Below, in pieces: positions 51,361 through 64,000 of a DNA stretch of 64,000 nucleotides. The position numbers were made by a program, and so were the translations under genes. The notes beneath the pieces are model-generated. The model was given only the letters and a program-made list of their open reading frames with translations, was not told the origin of the DNA and ran no database searches. Numbering within the stretch: position 1 is the first letter of the stretch; every line of letters starts with the position of its first letter. Source of the stretch: Mobula hypostoma (Eukaryota); NCBI RefSeq assembly GCF_963921235.1, contig NC_086097.1:190342001-190406000 (forward strand). The letters run 5' to 3'.

Positions 51361-51594
51361 AAAAAATTACAAGAATCGATTCAAGTAATTAGTATAATTT
51401 CAAAAGGGGTATGAGAAAAGATGTTATCTGGGAGCATAAATGTACACATCTTCGAAAACAATGGGACATATTATTAAAGCAGCTGATAATGGCTTTCTAA
51501 ATGGAGGAAAAAAGAAAAAGAAATCAGGAGTTTGGCCCACGCTGGAACTTCTGTGAAGGTCTGGGCACCATATATTTTGATGAATATGAAGGTA

Positions 51595-51815
51595 TTGGAG
51601 TGAGTGTAGAAATGACCTATTAGTATGCTTCCAGGGAAGAAGGATTGAGGGAACAATTTTACACAGGGGGAAACTGGGCAGAGACATAAACAAGCAGGGA
51701 ATAGAAGGATACAGACCATGTACAGGCAGATGGGGTTCATTTAGACTGACATTACAGTTGGCAGAGACAGGAGGGCCAAAGGGGCCTATTTCTGTGCTAT
51801 GTTGTTCCATGTTCT
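51595..51815 (+). mobile_element. Old CR1 3' end
   Basis: GGGCCAAAGGGGCCTATTTCTGTGCTATGTTGTTCCATGTTCT tail. Confidence 0.65.
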
Positions 51816-52464
51816 GTGAACGCTTTTGTAAATTTTTTTATTCATGTGACTGGCTATCAGGCTATTTTGAAAAGAGGTTATGTAATTAGGAACATGGCCT
51901 AGATAACTTGATCCCATTGGTGTGTATATTAGGTCGAATTTATACTGTAATTCATCTAAATGTCCTAAAGGAAGAGCGAAAACTACTTTTCCTTGTCGCC
52001 GATCCAATTTGGATTGCCATCATAATTTTCTTCATGATATTTCAATGTTTCAGTTCTGAAGCAAAACAATAAATGTTGAGTGAACATAGTGCATATTTCT
52101 AATTTTTGTCATGATATTTTACTTCCGAGGCCTTATTTATACAGGGCTTGTCTACTTATCTGCAAACTAGATCCATTATTTTCACTTTCTTGGACACTTT
52201 TTATACTAATATGCAAATATTTCTTGTGTCCTTGAAGTTAGTATATTCTATAAGAATGAATTGTTAACTTGGTTCAGAAATTTGATATTCATTGCAGTTT
52301 CCAGTTGCCAGAACATTTTGCATTGTTTCTGTAATACATTAGATTTTTTGAAATGTAGGTTTTTGGACAAAGCAAACTGGCAAAAAAGATGACATTGCAT
52401 TCTCGTCTTTTATGTCTGGTTGAATTTGTTAGCGTAAAGTGATTTAGAGCTATCAATGTCATAA

Positions 52465-52606
52465 AAACAAGAGATTTGGCAGATTCTGGAAATCTGGAGT
52501 AACACGTACAAAATGCTGGATCAGGGCCCAAAACTTCGACTGTTTATTCCTTCCCATAGGTGTTGCCTGACCTGCTGAGTTCCTCCAGCATTTTGTATGT
52601 GTTACT
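52465..52606. repeat. Inverted Penelope pLTR-derived repeat
   Basis: AGTAACACGTACAAAATGCTGGA ... TCCAGCATTTTGTATGTGTTACT arms around GGCCCAAAACTTCGACTG. Confidence 0.8.
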
Positions 52607-54167
52607 AAGCTATCAATATTGTTCTGCAGCTTTTCGATGTTGTGCATTGTGCAGAAGAATGGGATCTTGTCTCTGATTGCATTTTCAGAGATTGCTGATT
52701 AATTTAGGCTGTTGAGGGACAAACTTTATTCAAATTTGTACAAAGTAGTATTTTGATAGAGTGAATGAGGAGAAGTGGGTTCCACTGAACTCAGACTCAG
52801 TAACTAGAGATGCAAATAAAGATAACTAGAAGGTGAAAAAAGTTTGCATTTATATTTTGAAATGCACTGCCTTAGAGATGGTGGAAGTGGATCAAATAAT
52901 AACTTTCAAAAGGAAATAGGATATGCTCTTGAAAAAGACAAAAATGCAGGGCTTAAACTGATACTTAAAGGAGCATGCATAATTGGTAGCTCTTTGTAAA
53001 CCAGTACAGGCCTATAGACATAATGTTTTCCTTTTGTACAGCTGATTTTAATGATTAGGGAGAGAAATACATTCAGCTTTTATTCATAGCAAAGTTGTAA
53101 ACTTAATGGTGCAGACTGACTTTATACTGTCAGGTTGGGGGATATAGGGAAACGAGTACGTGTTAGCCAAACATTGTGGAGGGTCATAGAAGATGCGCAG
53201 TGTGGAGCACTATAACTTATCGGATTTTCAGCTGTGATTATTCTAAAGGATAAGTGAAATGTGAAGTATGGACATTAATTTGTGCTGAACTTGAATTCTT
53301 TCAGTGCTTTGCTTTGTTTTTTTTTTACTTAATACCTGCCAAGAAGTTAGATCACATACTCTCATTTCCTCTCCATGATCCCTCTACTTACTGGCTTAAT
53401 GCACAATCTCGCGTTAACCTAGCACCACTTCTGAGCCTTCCCCACAAATCCATCTGGATGTAACCCAGGGTCTAACTAATTTCTTTTGCATATCCTCTGT
53501 TGTCTGAGTCCATGATGGAAAGGCTGTCTCTTGTGTCACATCTATTCAGAACTGAGCTTCCCAGTGGCAGGTTGACAAGCAGAATGCTTGTTGGCCTTCT
53601 GCACAGCAACTATTCAGAACATCTTTGACAGCATCAACTAAGCTCCAGGCCATTTCTTTTATTGTGAGGAAAATAGCAAAAACAGATGTTGAGTAAAATA
53701 GAAGTGATTTATGCATATGGCTTTGAATTCTTGTAAAGTTCATCTATTAGTTGCAATTAACCTAATTCACAATGTGCTCGCTGAACAGTAGATGGTATTC
53801 AGCCTTCTGGTCTTTTCAGGCTCTATGTAAGAGCAATCCGGTAAGAACCTCTGTTTTGTGCTCTGTCTCTACCTTGCAATTGTTGTGTTCCTTTCAGAGG
53901 CATATCCAGTTCCCTTTGAAATACCTCATTTGAGGCTCCCTTCACTACTATCTCTAGCAGTGCATTCTAGACCCTGACAACTTGCTGTATAAAACTCATA
54001 TCACTTTTGATTCTTCTATGGACAACTTCATTCTGCATCATCTGGTTTATCAGCAATTCACCGATGAGAACAGTGTCTCATTTTCTGTTTTGTCTATTTC
54101 TTTCTTTAATAGTTGACTTATTCCTAGATCAATTCATTATCTACAAATGGCTCCCATCTTTTTCTGG

Positions 54168-54378
54168 GCATCATACACAAGATGCTAGAGGAATTCAGGA
54201 GGTCAGGCAGTATCTATGGAAGGGAATATACAGTCAATATTTTGAGCTGAGAAAGGTCTAACCCCAAAATGTTGACTGTTTATTCTCCTCCACAGATGCT
54301 GCCTGACCTGATGAATTCCTCCAGGAATTTGTGAGTGTTGCTTTGGATTTCCAGCATCTGGAGAATCTCTTGTATTTA
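54168..54378. repeat. Palindromic Penelope pLTR-derived repeat (arms about 80 bp)
   Basis: GAGGAATTCAGGAGGTCAGGCAGTATCTATGGAAGGGAATATACAGTCAATATTTTG pairs with CAAAATGTTGACTGTTTATTCTCCTCCACAGATGCTGCCTGACCTGATGAATTCCTC. Confidence 0.85.
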
Positions 54379-55919
54379 TACCTTACTGGGCATTATAGCT
54401 CAAGGTTGATTGACTATATAGAGCAATTCATTCGGGAATGCCAGACTGAAACTAACAGCTTCCTATCAGTAAAGTAGCAATTGAACTTCTCATTCATTGT
54501 GCAACTTTTACAGACGTACTTTAAGAATATAAGAATGTACAAATTAGAAGCGAAGTTGTACCCTATTATCAACTTTGTGATGTGTCCATTACACAACACA
54601 TTTCTGAAATCCCTATAATTATAGTTAGTTCCTTGGTGTAAAGATGGTGAACATAAATGTTCCTGGCATCACTGAACTGTAAACTTAATAGTCTTCATTA
54701 TGTTAATGCTACACTGCAATGATGCAACCAAATCAGACCTAAGCCAAGACTGGCAGCAGCTAGGTTGACCTAGGCAGTGCAGGAAGAAGTATCAAGATGG
54801 TCCTCTTCTCAGCATATAATTTTAAACCTGTTACTCTTTATCCACTTATCCAGTCACACCAGATGAAGCTTTAAGGTTGGCTTGTCTCTAAATGTTTTTT
54901 GGGGTTCAATGTTTGAATTTGCTGATTTGCATATTTACAAAATGCTTACCATCTCAAATAGCAGACCATCTAAAAAGAAGCCATTTTATGCTATGGAGCA
55001 TGAAAGCAGTGTAGTTGCCGTTTTCCTTGATGTCAGAGACACGACTACCCATTTGTGCTCTGTTGAGCTGTCTAAAATGTCTTTTAAGATTTTTGTGCAT
55101 TGTGGTGATTCTTCTCATCACTTCTAAAGCAGAATTGAGATACAACAGCTGACACTTTCTGTGCAACCCAAAGAGAACATGATATCAAACTTCACATTGC
55201 TGATTCTGATATTAACACATGTGTACCTGCAGCTTTAAGCACGGCACTGTCAAATTTAGTTATATTGCACACATTTCATACTGGGTTTCAAACCCACCAG
55301 GTTTTAAATTGGATAACATTTTTTTTAGTAGGCTCTTTGGACATTTTGCAGATAGCAGCCAGTTGAAAGCCGTGATTGTCCTGATAGTCCCATGTCTGGT
55401 AGTTTCTGAACAATGTGCAAAAAATGAGAGAGAGAGAGGAAGCGCTGGACCTGTGCCTTTGCTTATTATTTTTCTGGGTGACAAGCAGGCAGGTGTAAGG
55501 ATGTAGCAATATAATTATGCATAAGTAATGCAATAACATCTCCTGCATAATGTTTTGACATCACACTTCTATCATCTGAGAGAATGAACATGCAGGTTGT
55601 TGGTTATGGCACAGTTATAAAAGTACTTTAAGTATTAGTAACAAAATAAATGCAATAGTGATTGTGTATTACTTTATGAACTATTTTCTCCATAGACATG
55701 GGTTCTCACGGGTCTATTCTTAGGCATCTCAGTACCTTTCTTTTGCTTGCCATGTTTTACTCCTTTCTTTGCAAATGGGACAAAGCGTCTTTACCATTTT
55801 TTTCCAAAAGCTTTCGTGTTTTTACGTTGGTTATGAAATTTTTCTTCGAACTTTTTAACCCTTTTAAATTCCATATATATGCTGGTTTCTAATCCTATCA
55901 CTAGAAACATGTTGTATTT

Positions 55920-56200
55920 GCTCAAATCTCCACTGGGTTCTCCACCAGCCTCTGTCTCTATCCTCTCTTCTCCTCTCCTCTCCCAACTTGTTCTATCTGC
56001 CTAATCTTCCACCAGCAACCTCTTCCCCCCACCAATGGTTTACACTTGTCAACTGCCTCCGTTTTGTCCCTCCCTCTCACTTCAATATACAAGCTATCTT
56101 CCCTCTACACTCTCAGCCCTGATCCAGAGTCTTGACCCATCCACTTGCCTTAACAGATGTTCCTTGACCCACAGACTTCTATCAGTTTATGCTTTGCTTC
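55920..56200 (+). repeat. Degenerate Penelope pLTR-derived repeat
   Basis: Pyrimidine-rich tract, then CAGCCCTGATCCAGAGTCTTGACCC..CAGATGTTCCTTGACC. Confidence 0.5.
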
Positions 56201-57949
56201 AGCAAGCAATAATGTAAGTATAAAGATCCTGGAGAGTATAGTACTTTAATATTCCTGTGGGATTAGGACTGGTTAGAAATTATTTGGATCAATGGACAAA
56301 AATCCTAATCTTAAAGAATGTGTTTGAAAATATTTTAGAATATTTCTTTGTAGCTTGTTTTATTGCATGAAGGTGTTGATTACTGTTATTATAGATATGC
56401 GTTTGTTCTCCAAGCAGAGTTGGGACTCCAGCCATGTTGAGTCACGATGGTTGAACATATTTTCTTTTCTGGGAGCCATAGTTTGCCTGAACATTGAAGG
56501 GCAAATAACACACAATGTCAACACAGCAGTAGCTAACTTCCCCAGGAGCGGTAATTTCAGGTGCTTTAGCTTTGTTTGGTAGAACAACCTTCAGCACGTC
56601 AAGGAGCTTATACTAAACAGTAGGGAAATATTTCTGATAACCATCAGAAGAATTGAATTCCCTTGGTCCAGAAGGTCCTGAACAACCTCAGTAATTATTT
56701 CTCCAGGTTAACAATAGATCTTCCACTGAAATTACTGCAGAAGATGGAGAAAGCTCCTGCGGAAATTAATAGCATAAATGCAGCAAGCTCCTACGAAGTA
56801 ATTACTGCTAAGTGTGGCTTAAAGATATGTCTCATGTGCTTACAATCACAAGCTCATATTGATTTTTGGCTGTCATCTCATTGATTAGATAATTGGGCTT
56901 TGATGTCCTTGGTTTCTGGTTAGAACAGGAAGGGTCAAATAAGAAAGATGTTGTTGCTTTCACGCTATGAGCAGCCATTCAAAGCAGCAGCAATTTTTAG
57001 CACACAATACACACCAGAAAACATCAAGAGATTTATGGACAAACAGGAGAAACCTCTGATTGACATGTGAGAGCATTTCCAATAAAGTGCTGCACAAAAA
57101 ATATTGCAACAATTATGTTTGCTTTATCAATGTAACTAGGTCCGCAGTGGTATCAGGAATGTTCACTAAACAGTAAAAAAATGAAAGAATTGACAAACAA
57201 CCATTAAATACATCCCCATTATCTCCATTCTTTCTTGGCCCGTGTACTTAGATTTTAATGTTGTTTTAAATAAATGTTGAAGACAGCCAAAGGTATACGA
57301 TTAAATCATTCGATTTGTTTTTGTAATTATAGTTCAGGATTCTCTCATATGCACAGGAGTCCCTTTGATATCTATCTATAGATTCCTATCATTTCTGTTT
57401 ACTAGATTTCTTGCTACATTTAAAAGAGCTTGTCAGCAGAGTTAGAAGCATTGGAGAGGGAGCAGCCAAGGTTGTTAAAAGAAATAGAAGGAATCCAAAG
57501 ATCTGAAACCATTTAGCCTGGTGTTTTCCAGAATGTTGAGAGAGGAGTGAACGCAGAGGAGGTTGCTGCAACGTAATTTTTTCATGGATTGTAATATAGG
57601 TATGTACAGAGCAAAAGAACACCATTCAAGCTGTCACTATCACGAGACTCTAAAAAAAATCATTTTGTTCTTTTTCATGTTTTTCAGCATTTTTTCATTA
57701 AAGAATGTCTGCAGTTACCTTTTGAAAGCTACAATTTATCAATTGATGCCAACCCATCAGGTAGTGCTCTCTAAACTGATCCACTCACTATGTAAAAGAT
57801 TTTCCACACATCCCCTTTGTGCATTTAACATTCACTTTAGTATGCACTCTCTGACTATCGATCCCTCTGTCGTTGAAAACAACTTCTTTATTTGTGTCAT
57901 CGAAATTCCTTATGGGATTTTCAGCACCCCATCAATGCGTAGTCTTCTC

Positions 57950-59640
57950 TGCCTTAATGCCTCTTAATGCTGCTATTGTGTTTGCTTCTACCACCTTCCC
58001 TGGCAGTGTGTCCCAAGCACCCAAAACTCTCTGAATATGAAAATATCCAGTACAAATCTTCTTTAAACACTTCTCTTCTCACCTAACCACATCAATCACT
58101 TTTGTCATTTCTTTAAAACTGAATCAAGTCTGCGACAAAGGACCTCCCCACCACAAAGCCTGCCTTACTGTCACAAGTAAGTCCATGTTTTTCCAAAAGT
58201 GGGTAAATCATATCCCTAAGATCTCCAATACTTTCTCATAACTAACATAAGGTCACTTGACACTTGCTGGCTTGACCTATTGCGCTTCCTAAACAAAGGA
58301 ATACACTTGGCTTCTGTCACCTCACCATGGTGAAAGAGGATACAAAGATATCTGTCAAAGTTGAAACATTTTGTCCTTTCCTTCCCTCAGTATCCTGAGA
58401 AAGATCCCATTAGGCCCAGGGGACTTATGTATCTTAATGTTCTTCAAGATATCCAAATAATCCTCCTGAATATCAGCATGCCTTAAATATATCCCTCCCC
58501 AAACTCATCACCATCCTTGGCCATTTCCTTTGTATCAATTAAAAGATAATCCACTTTCTTTGGCTCTATCCATACATCCCCTCTTGTCCCTCCGTGGACC
58601 TACCCTACTCCCTTGCTCCTGATATGCATATAAAATGCCTTGGTATTCTCTTTATTTCCACCTGCCAAGGGAAATTCATGGCTCCTTTCAGACTGCTTAA
58701 CTCCATGCTCAAGTCCTCCATGAACATAGAATTTACCCCTCAACTTTAAACCACCTTGAAAACCACTAGCTATCCCCCTGCAAGTTCATTAGTACCTGAC
58801 CAGTTTAGGTACAACCTGTCCAGTACTGGTCCTGCCCTTGAAGAGATCCCAATGATCCAGGAATCTTAAACTTTCCTCCTCTACCAGGTCTTTAGCCACA
58901 GATTCAACTGCACTATTTTTCTATTTCTGGTCTCATTAGCATGTGGCAATGGGAGTAATCTTGAAATTACAACCCTAGAGGATCTGGCTTTTATCTTTCT
59001 GTCTAACTCAATAAATTCTCAATCTCTTATCTCTCTTCCAGTTTATCTGATTGGTAGTGATATGGCCAATGACTTCTGGCAGCTCACATCTCCTTTCAGA
59101 ATGTCCTGAGACTGCTCAAAAATATCCTTGTCCCTGACAGCAGAAAGGAAACACACTATCCTGGAGTTTCACACATAGTCACAGAAATGCCTTATCAGTA
59201 CCCCCTGACTATCAAATCCCTCATCACTGTTGCTCACTTAGAATATGACCTGCTGTCACGTAAACAGGACCTGTTGCGATGCAATTGTTTAGGCTGCTGT
59301 TGCCTTCTCCTGAGAGTCCATCCTGCCACAACAGAATTCAAAGCAGTAAACTGGCGTGAGAGGGGAACAGCCAAAGGGGACTTCTGCAGTACCAGCCTGA
59401 CTCTTCTGGAAGTCACCCATCTATTTGGGCGAACTTGCACTGTGACCACTTCCATGAAACTGTTATCTATATTTTCTGCCTTCTGTATGCTCCTTGGTGA
59501 ATCTAACTGATACTTCAACTGATCCATACAGTCTGCCAGGATCTGCAGATGGACACACTTCCTGTAATTATAGTGTCAAGAACACTTGACGTCTCCCCGA
59601 TCTCCCATATTTCACACAAGCATACCAGTCCACCAAATGT
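57950..59640 (-). mobile_element. Old, heavily deleted CR1 spanning ORF1 to the 3' end
   Basis: ORF 59234..59527 (NSFMEVVT..RWVT..SPLAVPLSRQF) is homologous to CR1 ORF1. Esterase remnant LDHWDL. RT remnant KSPGPNGIF. Confidence 0.8.
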
Positions 59641-60214
59641 TATTTCTACCCCTCAAGTTACTACTGACTTAAAAGAAACAAAAGAAAATCCTTCACCTTG
59701 ACTCACCTTATCAACATTGAGCCTCCTCATCTGAGTTACAATTGGCTATGCATTGTAGAAACAGTTTAGTGAGAACACAGCAGAAACAATACCACCTTTC
59801 TCTTTTCACAGAAAATAATTTGGTTACAATTTATTCTAAAATGCTACATTTGCATCCAAGTCTCAAAAGATGAAAACATTGCAATAGGCAGAGGATGGAA
59901 GAATTTATGAAATTTAGCCACTCATAGTTTTATCGATCTAGGAATTGGAAAGCTTTCCAACACATCTAAGCTGATTGGTAATGAATTTTGTCCAACTGTA
60001 AGCAGTCTCCTTTTCAGTTTGAAAACAGAGGCAGCTGTAAAAGTGAAGATTAATGTCTATAGTCCAACAAAAAAAATACTGTAACAGTGAGTCGGAATTG
60101 AGATAGTACTCATAGCAACAGCAAAAAGGAATTCACCTACAGTAAAGAGAGAAAATAATTTTTGCTTATTTTTGTGTGATAAAAAACAAATATCAGTCAA
60201 CCAAGAGCAAAATA

Positions 60215-60441
60215 AGAATGAACTGCAGGTGGAACTCAATGGGTCAGGTAGCATCTGTGGAGGGAAATGGACAATCCAAGCTTTCGGTTATGAAACTTCA
60301 TCTGAGCTGAGATGAAGTGTCTTGACCTGAAATATTGGAAGGCCATTTCCCTCCAAAGATGCTTCTGAAACTGCTGAGTTCCAGCAATAGCTCGGTTTCT
60401 ATTTGCTACAGACTCCAACATCTACAGTCTCTTGTGTCTCC
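60215..60441. repeat. Palindromic Penelope pLTR-derived repeat
   Basis: GGAACTCA..GCATCTGTGGAGGGAAATGG versus CCATTTCCCTCCAAAGATGC..TGAGTTCC, centred on CTTCATCT-GAGCTG-AGATGAAG. Confidence 0.8.
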
Positions 60442-61025
60442 AGAATCAGAATCAGGCTTAATATTACTGGCATATGTTGTGAAATTTGTTAACCTAGTGA
60501 CAGCAGTACAATGCAAATCATGATAATATAGGAAAAAATAACGAATCACAGTATGCATATATGTATATTAAATAGTTAAATTAAAAAATAGTGCAAAAAC
60601 AGAAATAATAAAAAAGTGAGGTAGTGTGGATGGGTTCAATATCCCTTTAGAAATCACATGGCAGAGGGAAACAAGCTGTTCCTGAATCACTGAATGAGAG
60701 CCCTTAGGCTTCTGTGCCTCCTTCCTGATGGTAACAATGAGAAGGCGGCAAGTCCTGGGCGATGGGGGTCCTTAATAATGGATGCTGCCTTTCTGAAGAA
60801 AATTTTCATTCCTATAAAGGCTAGTACCCAAGATGGAGCTGACTAATTTTACAACTTTCTGTAGTTTCTTTTGATCTTGTGCAGAAGCTCCCTCCACCTC
60901 CTCTCCCCATACCCCTCATATCAGACAGTGATGCAGCCTGTCAGAATGCTCTCCACGGTACATCTGTAGAGATTTTCGAATGTATTAGGTGATCTATAGC
61001 CGCTGTCTTGCCTTCTTTATAGCTG
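60442..61025 (-). mobile_element. Rex1/Babar 3' end with (TGATTC)n tail
   Basis: AGAATCAGAATCAGG. The body matches 29950-30220 (CAAGATGGAGCTGACTAA..CAGACAGTGATGCAGCCTGTCAGAA). Confidence 0.85.
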
Positions 61026-62384
61026 CCAATCAGTATACCAAGGTTGGGTGACAAGGAAGTCAGAACATGACAAATAGATGCATACAATGCAAATAAAGAC
61101 ACTTCAGGATTCCTGCAAAGAGCCAGAGTAATTTCTGTTTCAGATAATCAAAGGCACTGACATTCCATCTAAACATTCAGTGTTTTGATATACATATAAC
61201 AAATAAAGCTAATCTTTCCACGTTAGTGGAAATGAAGTGAACAATCAACTGCAGAGTGAAATAGATAAAACTGCAATAGTTTATAAAATGGACTCAATGT
61301 CCGGAAATGATGAGCTTTGTTTAGACTTGGCAGAATACAATTATTTTTCCCAAATAACTTCGATTTCCTGAACACTTACTTTTGACTTTTGTTGATGTAA
61401 CTTTTCAGGATTACCGAAAGGTACAGGTTGTTGGCATTGGATAGACAATTTATTAATGACAGTAAATCTTTAAAAGGCTTATGTTATCACCTGTCAAGTG
61501 TAAATATGCATGACAGTAATTTATACTGATTTGAACTGGATGTTGTTATTTGGCAATAACATTGCATTCTTATTTTAGAAAAGGAAAATACAAAAAAAGA
61601 CTTCTGTATTTTGTTATAGCTAATTTCCAGTTATTAAGGATTATTTTTGGTTTAAATTTGGACTTCGAGGTGAATCAACATTTATCAAAGATTACAATAA
61701 AATGTGAGTTCCTGCCTAGTCTGTATAGGATTTTGGAAGCTTTTGATCTATTGTCAAAATCCCTTCACTCAGCGAATGTACATACATTTTTCTTTTGCTA
61801 TGAATCTGGCAAATGTGCATGGATACCATCAATGACTGAAATGTGGTGATTTTGATGAAGCATGACTTTTAATCATGACCAGGAATGGAAACCACAGGAG
61901 GAGCAGCTGTTATAATGATTAGAAGATATGACATCCTGGGGCCAAGCAGGCACTGAATCCCAGCAGGAACATGTTGGAATCATTAAATTATAAGTGCCCG
62001 GAAGGCCATTTGGCCCATCAAGTTTGTGCCAGATCCCAGGACAATCTCACCTCACTTGTTCCTGACATTTTTCTCACAACACTATCAATTATTTCCACTC
62101 AAAATCAAGTATAGACAGTTATGAAATTGGGTTTGGATTCAGTAGGAGAGAAAAAACAGTTATTGTATCAGCTCAATGGCCTTTCATCATCCACCTGGAC
62201 CCAGTGACCTGTTTGAACATTTGCCATCCTTTCTGGTACTGCTTCCTTTTAAAGTGTTCACTCCAGGATTTCCAGTACTTTCCTAGTCACTGAGATTTTG
62301 ACTGCATCTGCTTCATTGATACAGAGCAATGTCAAATTGTCATTTAATGTTTCACCAGTGCTTATGCCTCCAGGACCACATCAT

Positions 62385-62482
62385 GTTTGTTTATTTATTG
62401 AGATACAGCATAGAATAGGCTCTTCTAGCCCTTCGAGCTGCACCACCCAGCAGGACCCTGATGTAACCCCAGCTTAATCTCA
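62385..62482 (-). mobile_element. SINE 3' tail fragment (HE1-like)
   Basis: TTTATTGAGATACAGCATAGAATAGGC..CCCTTCGAGCTGCACC is a reverse homologue of 19060-19110. Confidence 0.6.
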
Positions 62483-62749
62483 GTTGCTTGTCCTTAATCT
62501 GCCCTATCATTCTTCTATTACCATTCACAAGACTTTTGGATTTCCTTTTATGTTATCTGAAATTATCTTCTTGCTCTGTTTTGCCTGCTTTATTTTCCTT
62601 TGTTTTAGGTTTCCCTCCCTGTTGGCTTTTGTATTCAGTCTGGTTCTTCTCCCGAGTTATTTAGTTGGCATCCATCATACATCTTTTTACCAATACATTG
62701 TACTTTCTATCAGTTTTTTTTCCCCTTGTCATACTGGATTTGTCTTCTC

Positions 62750-63160
62750 TTTTCTTCTTCCTTTCTTTTTCAATCTTTTTTATTGAGCTTCAAATTGATA
62801 AACGTAACAATGATAATGATACAAAGAGATCCCCTTTTCTTCTTTTGTGGGAATGAAGCTAGGTCATAGCAGAAGCATCTCCTCTAATTCAATTCCAGCT
62901 TTCACGACAAATACCTGGTTCCACTTTATTGTGGCTATTGAAGTTATTGCTCCTCCAACTGAGGTCAATTTTAAACTTCTCCTTTCCCCTTTATCTTATG
63001 ATCAAATGATTACTATTACCGATGGTTCTCCTACTGAAGCTAAACCCAATTTCATTTGCCAGTACTAGATCCTTCAAAGAATTACTTCTCAATTGTCTAT
63101 GAGGATATTGATCAAGACTCTCTACAAAACTAGCATCCAGATGGTATCTCTTCATAATCT
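62750..63160 (-). mobile_element. Possible L1/Tx1-type or other polyadenylated retro-fragment
   Basis: Minus-strand AATAAAAAGATTGAAAAAGAAAGG A-rich tail. Family not recognised with confidence. Confidence 0.3.
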
Positions 63161-63162
63161 CT

Positions 63163-63606
63163 CCTAAGTTACAGAGAAAGGTTGAACAAGTTAGGTCTTT
63201 ATTCTTTGGAGCGTAGAAGGTTGAGGGGGGACTTGATAGAGGTGTTTAAAATTATGAGGGGGATTGAGAGAGTTGACGTGGATAGGCTTTTTCCATTGAG
63301 AGTGGGGAAGATTCAAACAAGAGGACATGAGTTGAGAGTTGAAGGACAAAAGTTTAGGGGTAACATGAGGGGGAACGTCTTTACTCAGAGAGTGGTAGCT
63401 GTGTGGAATGAGCTTCCAGAAGAAGTGGTTGAGCAATGTAAAATGTTGTCGTTTAAAGTTAAATTGGATAGCTATATGGACAGGAGAGGAATGGATGGTT
63501 ATGGGCTGAGTGCGGGTCGGTGGGACTAGGTGAGAGTAAGAGTTCGGCACGGACTAGAAGGGCCGAGATGGCCTGTTTCTGTGCTGTAATTGTTATATGG
63601 TTATAA
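63163..63606 (+). mobile_element. CR1 3' fragment
   Basis: ORF 63182 LGLYSLERRRLRGDLIEVFK..GRWD and tail GTAATTGTTATATGGTTATA. Near-identical to 21518-21960 reversed. Confidence 0.93.
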
Positions 63607-63699
63607 TTGTAGGAGACATCAATCATGTTCACCGATAGGCAATTTTACCCAAATTCCACCAACATGTCACCGTGGCCACTAGGGGAATAAACCATGTTT

Positions 63700-64000
63700 A
63701 TACAGACAGACGTAGTACTTAAAAAGCTATTCTGTGCCCTCATCTTGGCTTCTCTGGCCTGGTTTGCATAATGTTAATCCCACCATACTGACTACAGCTG
63801 AAAATGTAGAAACCAGTCAAGGTGACCATCACTGTATGCCCTAATGAGGCAGTCTCTATGCTTCAAGACTGTTTGGAATGGACCATCTGGCAGATGCTCA
63901 AGGAAGCCGCTACAAGTGAAGAAGACCTCAAGGAGTATGCCTCATCTGTCACCAGCAACATTGGTGAATGTGTAGACAACATTGGTACCTCAAATATGGT
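63700..64000 (+). mobile_element. Rex1/Babar fragment running off the window
   Basis: LQDCLEWTIWQMLKEAATSEEDLKEYASSVTSNIGECVDNI, homologous to ORF 10394..11296. Confidence 0.8.

Noticed and set aside
61409..61420. Possible 12-nt microexon (TTTTCAG|GATTACCGAAAG|GTACAG)
   Set aside because: Weak donor, and it cannot be supported without transcript data.

Overview
This is eukaryotic, repeat-dominated DNA with no prokaryotic operons, CRISPR arrays, rRNA or tRNA. It is most likely a cartilaginous fish (ray or shark); I infer this from the mix of CR1 LINEs with an SGNH-esterase ORF1, Rex1/Babar LINEs, V-SINE/HE1-like SINEs and Penelope-derived repeats. Well over half of the window is transposon-derived, with several multi-level nests: a Rex1 holds a SINE and a Gypsy element that itself holds two CR1s; an R4/Dong element holds a full-length CR1 that holds another CR1; and a Tc1 holds a CR1. 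All long ORFs are decayed transposon ORFs. I could not confidently identify a host gene exon, so the window is probably intronic or intergenic. Most interesting signals: (1) an in-frame U_UUA_AAC slippery heptamer directly before the ORF1 stop in two divergent full-length CR1s, with ORF2 in the -1 frame, suggesting programmed ribosomal frameshifting; (2) four young LINE copies all about 2.2 kb long and 5'-truncated at the end of the endonuclease domain; (3) Penelope-derived palindromic repeats carrying hammerhead-like motifs; (4) a signal-peptide-like leader in frame with a Rex1 EN-RT ORF; (5) two candidate RNA pseudoknots. Family names come from motif recognition, not database searches. Boundaries of old copies are approximate.
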